Shown here: positions 37,326 to 49,484 of the stretch, piece by piece
Layout of the letters: every line of letters starts with the position of its first letter
How positions within the stretch are numbered: position 1 is the stretch's first letter
Assembly (NCBI RefSeq): GCF_041146345.1
Contig: NW_027191415.1
Location: forward strand, 1,364,001-1,421,346
Source: Neodothiora populina
Lineage: Eukaryota
Reading direction: 5' to 3'
Length of the DNA stretch: 57,346 nucleotides
Translations under genes and position numbers: made by a program
The notes under the pieces: generated by a model
Database searches by the model: none
Seen by the model: the letters and a program-made list of their open reading frames with translations, nothing else
Told to the model about the DNA's origin: nothing

Positions 37326-40300
37326 GAGACACCCTAAAGATCCTCCAATTGAACATATACAAATCAAGGCCTTGCATGGAGGCACTTATTAACGACACCA
37401 CCACAGCAGATTTAGATATCCTCCTTATCCAGGAACCCCCGGTTTCCTTCTTCAAGACATTTGTGCAACACCGACAATGGCAAGCACACACCCCAACCTA
37501 CCAGGGAACTGAGAGAAAGCGGGCTATGCTCTACATTAACAAGAGAATCTCTACATCAACATATCAACAGATCAGATGCGACAGCCCGGATGTCACTGCA
37601 ATCCAAATTCAAACACCACATGGACCTGTCAGCATCTACTCGGTCTATGTTCCACTAATTGGAGGTACATTTCAGGCAGCGGAGAAGGAGATGCTGGACA
37701 CTCTACATGCAATCCAGGCAACACAAGCTAGTCATAACACCGACCCAAGTGATAGCATGATCATGTGTGGAGACCTCAACAGACAAGACCCATTATGGGG
37801 AGGCGATCACATCCAGCCATACCGGGTTGGTAATGCAGCCTCTCTCCTCCTGTTTATGCAGGACCGAGGTCTCCAAAGCCACTTGGAAAGAGGCACTCCC
37901 ACGTGCTGGTCTACAACTAGACCAGGGAGCAGGACAACTCTGGACCTAGTGCTCAGTAACATCCACTCTCGTCTCCTTAAATGCTCTCTCTATCACAACA
38001 ACTACGGATCAGACCATCGTGCTATCTTTGCGGAATGGAGCATATCCCTCCAGCACAAAGAAGAAAGGCCAGCAAGAAGAGTGTATGAACGTACGGACTA
38101 GGAGAAGGTCGGAGAAAGCCTCCGGGCAACTCTCGGAACCCTTTAGGAAATCACAAACACAGACGAGCTAGATGAGGCGGTGGCCAACCTAGTTGACACA
38201 ACCACAAATCTAGTCATTCAGCACACACCAATAGCTAAGCCATGCCCATACTCAAAGCGCTGGTTCACACCGGAGCTAAAAGAACACTAAGCAAGACACA
38301 ACAAACAACGCAGATTCTAGCAATCCTGTTGTGCAGCTAGAGGTCGGGATGACCCCTTCACACAAAGTCAATTTCAAGAGATGCAGAAGCTACGCAAAAC
38401 GTGGACGAGGGCTGTCGAGCACGCTAAGAGTAGCCACTGGAAGGACTTCCTGGACCAAGCTGGAAAGGGGAACCTCTGGAAAGCTGCAAAGTACACCCAC
38501 CACAAGGATCAATACGCGCCCATACCACCTCTCACATCAGAAGGGAGGACTGCTACCACTAGCGAAGACAAAGCACAAATGCTGCTAGAGACATTCTTCC
38601 CTACACCAGTCCAACCTGCCACCTTGATGGAGCCCTCCAGAGAGGTAGCACTGAGCTGGAATCCACTCACCAAAGCGGAGATTCACTAAAGCCTCCTTAC
38701 CAGTAGAGGACAATCAACCCCGGGTCCTGACTCACTTCCTACGCTTGTGTGGCAGAAGCTCTGGCCGTACATCTCTGACACAGTCCACCAAATCTTTACA
38801 GGCAGCATAGACCTGGGTCACCATTTAACAGCATGGAGGACAGCCGCTATAGTGGTCCTACAGAAGCCTCATAAGGCAGACAAAACCGTCCCCAATGCCT
38901 ACAGGCCTATCTCGCTTCTCAACACCTTGGGGAAGGTTTTAGAAGCTGTCATGGCAAAAAGACTATCCTTTTACGCCGAGAAACATAACCTACTCCCGGA
39001 CACGCAGTTTGGAGGCAGACCGGGCAGGTCCAATGAACAAGCTCTTTTGATTCTAATGGATGCTATCTGGTCGGCATGGAGGCAACAGAAAGTGCTATCC
39101 CTTATGTCATTCGACTTGAAGGGCGCCTTCAACGGAGTGAATAGCTTAGTGTTAGACTAATGCCTGCAGCAAAGACGCATCCCGGGAAAGATGAGGACAT
39201 GGATTCAAAGCTTTATGACAGCACGCAAAGCGTCTGTAATACTAGACGGACACACTAAACTAGAAACATACCTTGAACACCCAGGAATCCCACAGGGATC
39301 GCCTCTGTCACCAATACTTTTTGCCTTCTTTAACGCTAATCTAATAAAGCAACCGGTGGATTTCATAGGAGGAGCCTCGGCCTACATCGATGACTACTTT
39401 CGCTAGCGCATTAAGCCGTCAGCACAGAGCAACCTATCCAAGCTCTAGAGAGAGGATATCCCAAGGATTAAACAATGGGCAAGGCAGACTGGTGCATGCT
39501 TTGAACCAAGCAAGACGGAGCTCATTCACTTCTTAAGAAATAAGTCGCAACACTGGCCCACAACAATCACAATGGGCAATCACGAAGTGAAGCCAAGTGG
39601 GACATGCAAGCTCCTAAGGGTTATATTTGACTAAGAGTTAAGGTGGAAGCCGCACGTGCAGAAAGCATTCAGCCGAGCCACAAAAACCTGTCTAGCCATA
39701 GGCCACCTCCACCACCTCCGGCCAAAACAGATGCGGTAACTATACTAAGCCTGTGTCATCCCTCAGATGGATTATGCATCCACCGTGTGGCACTCCCTTA
39801 AAAGCTGCAAATGGCGGCTTTCTGTACTGTCTAGAGTGCAACGCTAAGCCATAATTAGGACAATTTCAGCATTTAAAACAGTGGCAACAGAAACGCTGGA
39901 CACAGAGACCTTCCTGCTGCTAACAAAGCTTAGGCTTCAGCAGAGATCAGCGAGAGTCATTATAGGCCTGCAGGCGCTCCTAGACAAACATCCGGCGCAT
40001 TAAGTCCTTTAAAGAGCTCTTCGGAACCTCAGCCACACGAACAGCTTCTTAAGCCCACTTCATTCCATGTTAAAATCTCTTAACCTAGACCGAACGGATG
40101 AGGCAGAAACGATCGACACCTGCCCACCTCCACCTTAAGAGCAGTCCCCATTCGTAGCAATCACATCGAAATTAACAAGCGAAGAGGCTATTAAGGCGAT
40201 AGAGCAAGCCGTCTCCGAGTTACTTAAGTCTGTCGTCTACACCGATGCAGCAAGCAAGAATGGGAACTTAAGCGCAGCGGCAGTTATTATAGATCAACAC

Positions 40301-41230
40301 TTACAGATACAGTCAAGCTCTGCCATTGGAGTAAGGTCGAGTAATCACTACTCTGTTCACGCAGCAGAGATGATTGCTATCCACTCTGGCATACACCTAG
40401 CTGCAGACCAACACGTGCGAAGCTACATGCTGAAGCCGCACTTATACATTGTTGCTTGTGACTTTAAGACCGCACTTCAAGCCATTTCCAAACCAGCAAG
40501 GCGTGCTTCTGGCTAACATATAGTGAGGACAATCTATAAAACAGCACAGTTCTATCGAGAAAGTCTAGGCATCCGGTTCAAGCTGCAGTAGATCCCTAGC
40601 TACAGCAAAATCTCAGGAAACGAGCTAGCCGACAAACTGGCTAAGCGAGCTACATCTCAGCTAACGAGACACGATTTCAAGAGTCTTCTAACCGTTCAGA
40701 GGCAAGCTATCCAGCAGGACACGCTCAAGCAGTGGAGGACTGAGTGGAGAGCCTCAGTAAAAGGGCAACACCCACGCAAGGTCGATGCCGCCACACTAGG
40801 CCCACATGTTCGACACCTATACGATGATTTACCAAGGAACAGAGCGAACCTACTAGCCCAACTACGAACAGGCCACTGCTGGCTTAAAGCTTATCGCATG
40901 AAGATTGGCTACGAAGATAATGACAAGTGCGAGTGTGGGGAACCGGAAACAGTGGAACACGTGCTAATGGAGTGTCCCTTACTACAACAACTAAGAGCCA
41001 AGCTACACGAGAAGATTAGAGACAAGTCGAAAAGGCTTTCGTCAATACTAGGTGGAAAGCCGCACCCACGACAGCTATCGCTAGCAGGCGCACAAGACGA
41101 CGAGGACAGAACACGCACAGACGGCAATAGCAGTGAACGCTGGAAAATCACCTCTACGGAGCTTACTGCAGTGCTGGACTTTGCAGAAGACTCGCAGAGG
41201 TTTACAAGAAAGGAGAACACAGAAGACTGA
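37322..41230 (+). pseudogene. LINE-A ORF2 (endonuclease-reverse transcriptase-RNase H) with many in-frame stops
   Basis: LQLN, LIQEP, GDLN and SDH (APE); YRPISLL, QFGGR, DLKGAF, GIPQGSPLSP and YIDD (RT); YTDA and GNELADKLA (RNase H); CECGEPETVEHVLMEC. Confidence 0.93.
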
Positions 41231-41375
41231 AACATCAACTTATCGCTTTCGCAAAAAGGAAAAGCAACTTATACATCATCAGCTAGCATAGATTTATAAC
41301 AGTATGTAGCCTGCATATCGCTCAGGGCGATGGGTCAGGGTAAATGAAACCAACTCAACTCAACTCAACTCAATC

Positions 41376-41411
41376 AATACTGGGTAGAATACTGGGTAGA
41401 ATACTGGGTAG
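41376..41411 (+). repeat. 3 x 12-bp direct repeat AATACTGGGTAG at the LINE 3' junction
   Basis: Read directly. The same 12-mer occurs inverted at 54438-54449. Confidence 0.95.
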
Positions 41412-42777
41412 ATTGGCAAGCGGTCCCCGCGAGTAACCTATGCATCCAACATATATGCAGGATCGAACCGTAGGGTTGAAACGCCATCGAGTAGCGCAAG
41501 AAGATTGGTGCATACTGGAAAGCTGTGTTCTTGTCTATGGAGTCTATATGTGTTTAGCCTGATAGGATAATTGCATAAGTTTGGGAATATGGCAAATCGA
41601 TCGGCAACATGGTCAGTCAACCGCTGAAGATAGACAAGAGCTTGAGCAGCATTGCAAGTCCCGCGCCACTCATATATTTCACCCAGCAGTTTCGTATCGA
41701 CAGATATACGACACGGGGCCAGTGACTCCAGGATGGTAAGTATCCTCTCGGAACTTCCATGAAAGTTGTTTCGTTGGCTAAAATCTAGGTCCAAAAACCA
41801 TGGTCCAGGCATATTCGGCGATGCTGTAGACTTCATAGTACACAGTTTTTCGTCAACTCGACCATTATCATTAATGCGAGGCATCTTTCTATCGTCGTTC
41901 CCACCGACGTGTTGTTATCGAGAAACTCGTTTATAGTGTCCAGTCTGCTGTGAATGCAGTCATATCACGCTGTGGTCAAGTTAAGCGCCATGAGGGACCT
42001 GAAGATCGATCCGTAGGTCAAGATCTGGTAGGACAGCGCCACGTCCATCTTTCATGTTATAGCGATAGCTTAAGAAATTGATCAATCATTCAATTCTATG
42101 TAATTCCAAGTCAAGACATTCTATGTGCAATCTTGCAAGTATAGCAAGTGATAGTAGTGAAGTGTGAAGAACTGCTTCCATCTCTCGTCGTTATCGTGGC
42201 ATAGGCTTTGGAAAGCTGTGAAGGCCCACTTCGTGCCCCTGTGATGTCTTGCTGAGTATAGACGGTAACGCTTTTCTCGCTTGTGTTGGCTTCAGCTTCT
42301 GGGGCAGTGGACAATTGCAAGAAAGATGGACTGAGGGACCGTTGTTACAGGCGTGTATCGGACGAGGTATCTCTGTGATGAATCATCTTGAAAGACGTAC
42401 CATAATAACCCTAAGGTGTGCCTTGATCTTGAAGGCAAAGACTACGCGCTGCGTTACAGTATAAGTCGAGAGTGCGTCGACTTAGTGATTCTCAAACCTC
42501 TTCGGTCCCTTGCTGCGGCTGATGGAGGTATCAGTAAGCAGACTTGATGATTATAACGCTTGCTGTCAGGACAGACTCTAGCTTTGACTGCATGCATCCC
42601 GGTTATATATAGCACCATATCAAGTCCACGGGCGCAACAGGCACCAGGTTCTTCTGGAAGCCAACAAAAACCGATACATAAGTGTTGATATCGATTTCCT
42701 CAATAGTCGGCTATGCCGAATACTAGTATACCATGTCCCAAACAATATGACAAGCTAGATAAAGAGCCTCTTCACTT

Positions 42778-44755
42778 CTATTCTATACGAGCATGGAAAT
42801 CTCTACGTAGACTCTGAGCTAACCGTAAAGCCCGCTCTCGAGTATCTGAAGATATGAGAAACATGCCAAGTTTGACTGGATTGTCCGGGATCGTCGAACC
42901 TTGCGGGAAGAACCAGCAATGATAATCGATATAGGTTATAAGGGCTGGTCGCAGCGCTCGTAGTTCTGCCAAGGCATCTCCAGTCTTAAGAACACCTCCT
43001 TTATGCGAGTTGATGTAGACCATGACGCAGTGGCGTTGAGGTCCGGAGAGGAATTGTTCCGAGAGTGCAGAGAACCGTTCCGGCTCTTCTAGTGCTGCGA
43101 GAAGATGCAGAGCAGTATAGTCCACACCAAAATTGAGCGCTGTAACCCAAGTGGCACCAGATCCCGGAGGTCGCTGATTTATCTCCAATAAGAAAGCTTC
43201 CGGAGCCTTTGTGTTTGTCTGGCCGTGCAGGCGTATGTCTAGGTAGCCATCCTCCTCAAGATAGCTGAGTGCAGAATTCCTTATACGACCTTCAACGTGG
43301 TATATACCTGTACGAAAACCCGCGCGTAGTAAGGTTTTATGAAATGCGGACCGAATCATGACTTGTTCGGAGAGCGGATGAGCGGACGGCCATACCATGT
43401 CCGTCTCGAGAAAGTCTTTGGATTTGTCTATGCCACTTCCTATCTCTGCAGTACAAGGGAAGCCGTCCACTAATTCGAAAAAAAGGATCTTCCCACCCTG
43501 GAGGACAAAGTTGGCATCAATCTCCGGTCCTCGCTCATAAGTCTCGATCATGATGTCGATGCCGTTGTATGCATCTGCCAATTTGCTGACTGCACTGGTG
43601 AGCTCATCATGGTCAGACACTAAGTAGACACCATTAGAGCCCCAACCAAAGCATGGCTTGGCGATAACGGGATAAATGAGCGGCTCCTTCGTGCTTCTCA
43701 GTTGGGTTTCCAAATCAGATACTCCCGTGACCCGTATCGCCTCCGCGTTTCCTTGATTCTTGGCTTGCGTGAGATGCTTATCAGTGCTCGTTTGGACACT
43801 TTCGAGAGGTGCAGTCCTGAGGCCAAGCCTCTTCGCTGCCTCAGCCGTGGCGATGAAACATGCATCCGTGAAGGTACAGATCCCATCAAACCCCTGCTTA
43901 TCTCCAGATAAAGCCTGCACAACGCGATTAGAGAGCCCGAAATCTGGGGACATGTCAATGGGAATGTATTGCTCTATGACATCAGGTGCGTCAGCTTGCT
44001 GCAACCATTGACCTTGCGCACCAACAACTGTGAGACGAAGCCCCATGTGAAAAGCTGAGGCTAGCCATCTCTCCATCACTATTGGAGGGCGACATCCCAC
44101 CAGAATAAGTCGAGGGTGACGCAAAGGACTTGGCACAATCCAGGTACACGAAAGTCGATCAGACAGCATTCTGTCCATTGCTTCCATCTTATCTCCCATG
44201 GACCCCGATTGATCTTGTTGGACGACGACGGCACCCACAACAAACTCAAGAATCTCGTGAAGATGAACATGTTGACTCAAACCCGGGAGATAAGCATGGA
44301 CGTGATCTGTGGGTTCAAGAAAGGACACCACAAAGTCGACAGACTTGCAAAACGTCAACCTTTGCAGCAAGAAATCAGACCGTACTACATATCCCGATTG
44401 TAGAGAGAGAAGCAGTTTGACACCGCTCTCTTTCTCAGATGGCTGCTCTTGAGTCTTTCGTGCCATTGACAAAAGGAACTCTGTTGCTCTTGCAGACTGT
44501 TTACTTGATCTTGTTCCATCTTGTCTTGGCGTTTGAGACAGGCCAATGTCTCCAGGCAAGTAGTCTTGACTCTGCCAATACTTCGACTGCTGATCATGAT
44601 GAAAGACCACATCAATCGTCAAATACGTCTTGCTAGCTGATGCAGCTATCTTAGCATCTCTGAGGCGCCACGAGTAGGGGAAATGTCCTGTAAGTTTGTT
44701 AGATTATATCTGCGCTCTGTCAAGACGAGACGTGTGAACCTTTATCGTTGAACAT
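42778..44755 (-). CDS. ATP-grasp amino-acid ligase (FsqD/L-amino-acid-ligase-like); probable join(44755..44740,44687..42778), about 641 aa
   Basis: Intact frame with IAKPCFGWGSNGV, IETYERGPEIDAN, FLET, YHVEGR and LLEINQRPPG ATP-grasp motifs. The short first exon is inferred from a CTAAC...CAG acceptor; its donor (GTTCAC) is weak. Confidence 0.88.
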
Positions 44756-46941
44756 TACTGCGGTGTTTAAGCAGTTCAATCTTACGACTGTCGGAAGTAC
44801 GTGGCAAGTGACTAGGAAGCTGTGGTCCGTAACGTGTAGCTATTCAAGAAATATGCTGACCGGCTGTATCACAAGCAAATGTCGGACTTTTTCAGAGGCA
44901 TCATGATGATTATATAGTGCATTCAATGCTCTGCGGTGACCACGGAGTATCAGACCATGAAATGCTTCTCGTCGTACGTCTTGCATCCCATTCTTTGACT
45001 AGTTTCGGAGATCAGATACTGTCATCTAGGCTCTAAGTCCGATCTCCGATGACAAAAATATCCGAGCTCGATGTGTTGCAGGCTGCTCGGAGATTCTGCA
45101 TTTGCATTTCGAGAACTGTATGAGTACCTTCGCAAGTTGTGGCTCTCTATGTAAGAAACCTTTCGACGCAGTTGCTGCTCTTTCAAGGTATAGGAAAGAA
45201 GCAAAATGTTTGTTTCTATATGGGAGGTTGCGAACCTGGCTGTATCTCTGCTTTCTGGTTTCAATTCTGACTGCAGCTTATATCTTCCAAAACTAGGTCC
45301 AGTAGAAGCTATATACCGCCAAGCTCCATGTCGTAGAGCTTTCTAATCTTTGGCCATTGACAAACGACTAGCTACTGTAGATATCTCGTACAATCATGTT
45401 CGAAGAGTATTTTACACTAATCACGTGATCATAGTCGGAGTTGGAGCCGAAACCAGAGGTGGGACCAGCTTCGCAACCTCTGTGACAACCCTCGAGCTAC
45501 GCAATGGATTCGCGGCGAGAAAACGTGACTCTTAAGGTAACACTTGGTCATTTCGAAGCCTGCAAATACGCTTACGCTGCACCTAGATGTCCGTTGTATA
45601 GTTTATAGTACAATATGTAACTTGCAGGTCTCGTGCATTACTGGTCTCTCTAGACTACAACTAAGTGTATGTAGTTACGATATCTGCAGTACGCCTTAGA
45701 GATGATCCTCATGTCAGGTAGTCGTCACACCTTCCTATTTACCCTAGACTGATCCACATCAGGAACGGATCATACTGAAATGCTTCCTGAAAAGGAAGGC
45801 GTGTGCTAGATTACAGTACAGCTACTAGCAATTCCCGCTTGTGGATAATCAAGACGCATTGACCTGATCCACAGTAGGCATCGTTGCCTCGTAAGCCATG
45901 CACTGCGCTGGTTTCGCTGCATAACGCGCGACATGAACCAGATCCAGAGATTTGAATTTGGTGGGTCGCGCAGTCAAGAGATATCTTCAAGGCCTCTGGT
46001 TCTTTCCTCGGGGTACCGTACCTTACGATTAGACCATTTTCGTCGCGCGGTGATTCACATGCTTTTTTTGTCTAATACTGTAGGTAAAGGAAGGCTCGAA
46101 TTCCGAAATTGATGGGTCCACTACTTTGTGGATGACAGAATATTAAAGCTACAGTAAGGTACATTAGCGCCATTTTGATTCAAATCCTTTCAATACGACG
46201 CTTTCCTAGGATATCATCATGCAGACTGCGGGTCAAATAGATGGATGCGACTGATAGTGCTGATCCACAGATTGAGAACGGAGTAACAGAACTCATTGTG
46301 TTGCGGCCGTGTACAATCGACATCTCGCTACCCATCCTGTGAATGCATACGTAGTCCGTCCCTGACTCGATAAGGTGGCACAGTGAACGAGCTTAAGTAG
46401 CGCTCCAGGTTACTGTAGGTAAGGTAAGCACCTTACTGTACAGTGAGTCGGTACTATATACAGTACAGTACTGTATAATCCAATGTCACCACCTGGAAGC
46501 TTGGTCCAAGATAAGATAAGGTAGGAGGACAACTTTATCAAGGTACAGTAGTACTGCACGAAGGAGTTCGTTTCTAGTCTGTCAATATGCCGCAGGGACC
46601 TCAACTCAGCAAGAACGAACTCCTTCGTAATTATCTTACTTACAGTAAATCAAGGTACTGTACTGTACTGTACAAGTACAGCCTACGATCCTCTACAAGT
46701 GGAGACGCTAGGCAAGATCAAATTAACTCCCGGTCAAGCGAGCTTGGCGCGATACCGACCACCTTTTACTGCACGGGCGGGTGTACTGGCATGCCACTGT
46801 ACTCTTATTCTGCACATCCTCCCCTTAATAAGGCTCTCGTGATGCAACACATGTGTATCGCTCTCTACTGTTCATACCTGCATACGCTCGTACATCAACA
46901 ACATGCTCTGTACATGACTTGAGTACACCTCTTGCTCGAGA

Positions 46942-49484
46942 ATGACAAGCACATATCCTCTGTCCTCCGAAGGACCACAGCTTCATCGTGACTCGACCGT
47001 GCCGAGAAAGAAGCGTAAAACCTTAGCGTGCAATAATTGTCGTCGCCAAAAGCTTAGATGCGACCGTGCGAATCCTGTGTGTGGTCGATGCTACACTACG
47101 GGCTATGCCGACTTCTGTATGTATGGTCGCCTCGAGTCGGATCCCAAGCAACATCCCATCAACGAGAATCAAGAATTGGCAAATCATGAGACAAATGAGC
47201 ATTTTCAAAGGAGCGCTGGTTCTTACACAACGCTCCAATCAGCTGGCGCAGTGGCTTATACCACCTCCAACCATCCTTCTTCCACAGATCCTTTTGCTTT
47301 CCTGCCGCTCGACGTAGAAGGTACGGAGGAGGACTCACAACATGTTCGATCTCGAAGAAGCAGTCCAGAGACTCTGCAGAATAGACAACCATCCATTATG
47401 TGGCGTGGTCATGGTCAGACAAGTAGTGGGACAGCAACTGTAGAGCAAAGCACGACCGTAAAGCGCGCACGGGAAACGGAGCAAATGACCTTCAGAGGGA
47501 AGCTCTTTCAGACACAATATTTCGGTGCTACCAATCCCATCAGTTGGGGTGCTCAGGTGTGTCTTCTTCCATCAGCATTGAATTGGCTAGAGATTGATTG
47601 CATCAGTTTTCCGAGTTACAAAACTTTATGGTTGAGTCAATCAGTCGGGATAGCACCCTTGCACAGGTGCAGCGATCTCTCAAGACGTTACAGTTGCAAT
47701 GGAAGAAAGTCAAGCCAACTGTAGCCGAACTGGGAAATATCGATTCTCAGCATCTGCTTAATCTTCTTCCTGATCAGCCCACGGCAGAACGATTGATCAA
47801 CGTCTATTGGAGCACCTTCGAGACTACGCATCGCATATTATACAGGCCCAAATTCTGGATCGACTACCACATTTTATGGTCGAATCCTATGACGGCTTCG
47901 GCTGAGTTTGTTGTCATAGTCCTGCTTGCAATGGCATCTGTAAGCTGTATAATCCCACAGGAACGAATGTCGTATAAGGGCGACAGTTCTTCTCCTCGGG
48001 AGCGGGCCATAGCCTGGGTCGAAATTTGCGAACATTGGCTTGATCGACAAAGTCAGAAGAATATCTCTCTATCGCACTGGCAGGGTCGATGCTTGCTGCT
48101 ACTTGCGAAGATCTCCAATACCATCAAGAAAAAACAGACATGGAATGTCGCAGGAACCCTTATACGGCAAGCGATGTCAGCTGGATTCCACAAGGACCCC
48201 AGCCTACTGGGTACACCGATGAATCTTTTCAATCAAGAAATGAGACGACGTTTATGGGCGACAATGGTCGAACTTGAACTTCAGGTATCCGTAGATAGAG
48301 GGATGCCCTCCGCAGCGGTAAACATATCATGGAGTGCCACGAATGTACTAAATGTGGAGGATGAAGAGCTTGGTGAAGGTGATGATGCATCGCTGAGACT
48401 GCACACCTGGAACTCACCCACCTCCGCATCTTTCCTACACATTGGCAGAAAAAGTCTCCCGCTTCGGCTGTCACTGAATACATTTCTCAACAACTCAAGC
48501 GAGCAGATCACGCATGATAGTGCTTTTGATTACGACGAACAGTTGAAACACCATTTGCAGGAAATTGGCACTTACTACCCAAGCTTTGAAGTGGAAGGGT
48601 TGGTGGACGCCGTCCCCAGTCTGTCCGAAGCTCTTCTGGTAATTCAACTTCAACAATATTTACTGCTGTTGCACACCCCTTTTGCCATAAAATTAGATTC
48701 GAGTGCCCGGCATTCAGCTTCCAGGCTGGCGTGTCTGGATGCAGCGAGCGCGATTATGGAGAAATGCTCCAAGCTCTCTGTGATTGACTATAATGTCATC
48801 TCCCTCTCACGCACCGAAGTGTTCCGGTCCGCTTTCGTTACTTGTCAAGTCATCGAGGCAATGAGGGGTCTCCAACGTAAGTAGATGTGCATCGATATCA
48901 CTGCTGCTGTCGCTGTACATGCTAACACGTATCAGACGAAAAATTGCTACAGCGACTGGGCAACAGTTTGCACGGATATCTGGATATGGTACTGGCAAGA
49001 CTGGGGGATAATATAACGCAGCTGGGTACAGGCTTCACTCACTATTGGTATATATCAGCCGCGAACAGGTTGCTTAAGTCAAGACTATCGTTAGCAGATG
49101 TTCAAGTCGAGCACAAAGTTGCTGTTGATCAGGTCATAAAGCAATATTATAAAGTGCTAGCTTCACAAGAAGATGTGTCCACTACAAGCGCACTAACCAA
49201 ATACCGGCAGACATACGGGGTTTGTGATGCATGCCCTTTGGCCAATTCTAATGCTAACCACGACGCAGTTAAACAGAGAGACCTTAAACACAATGGTCTA
49301 CGATACCAACGTTGCATCAGCAGAACCACAAGGAGCACAGGTAAGCATCGAGATCTTCCGCCGCATCAGTCATTTGTTGAAGTCATTCCATCTATAGGTC
49401 TCCTTCGAACTTCAGCCATTAGACCCACAGGTCGATGAGTTTTTCTTTGGCGATCCTGTAGCATGGACATTTGAGAATATTTAG
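46942..49484 (+). CDS. Zn(II)2Cys6 transcription factor with fungal TF middle domain; join(46942..47556,47607..48876,48936..49219,49269..49340,49398..49484), 775 aa
   Basis: ACNNCRRQKLRCDRANPVCGRC...C cluster; AMSAGFHKDP and EMRRRLWAT. Four GT-AG introns keep the frame. Confidence 0.9.

Larger units (their letters stand above)
35818..41370 (+). mobile_element. Full-length Tad1-like LINE (LINE-A), inactivated by premature stops; (CAACT)4 tail
   Basis: ORF1 with three Zn knuckles overlaps ORF2 by ATGA. ORF2 carries APE endonuclease, RT, RNase H and a C-terminal CCHC finger. Tail at 41351-41370. Confidence 0.95.

Noticed and set aside
37322..41230. In-frame TAG/TAA as stop-codon readthrough or an alternative genetic code
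   Set aside because: The stops fall at expected Gln/Trp codons and fit RIP transitions, and host genes use TAG and TAA as normal stops.
41376..41411. Short direct repeats as a CRISPR-like array
   Set aside because: Contiguous 12-mers without spacers, in a eukaryotic retroelement junction.
41438..41884. 148-aa minus-strand ORF next to the LINE junction
   Set aside because: Could be a gene remnant, but I cannot assign a family or gene structure from sequence alone.
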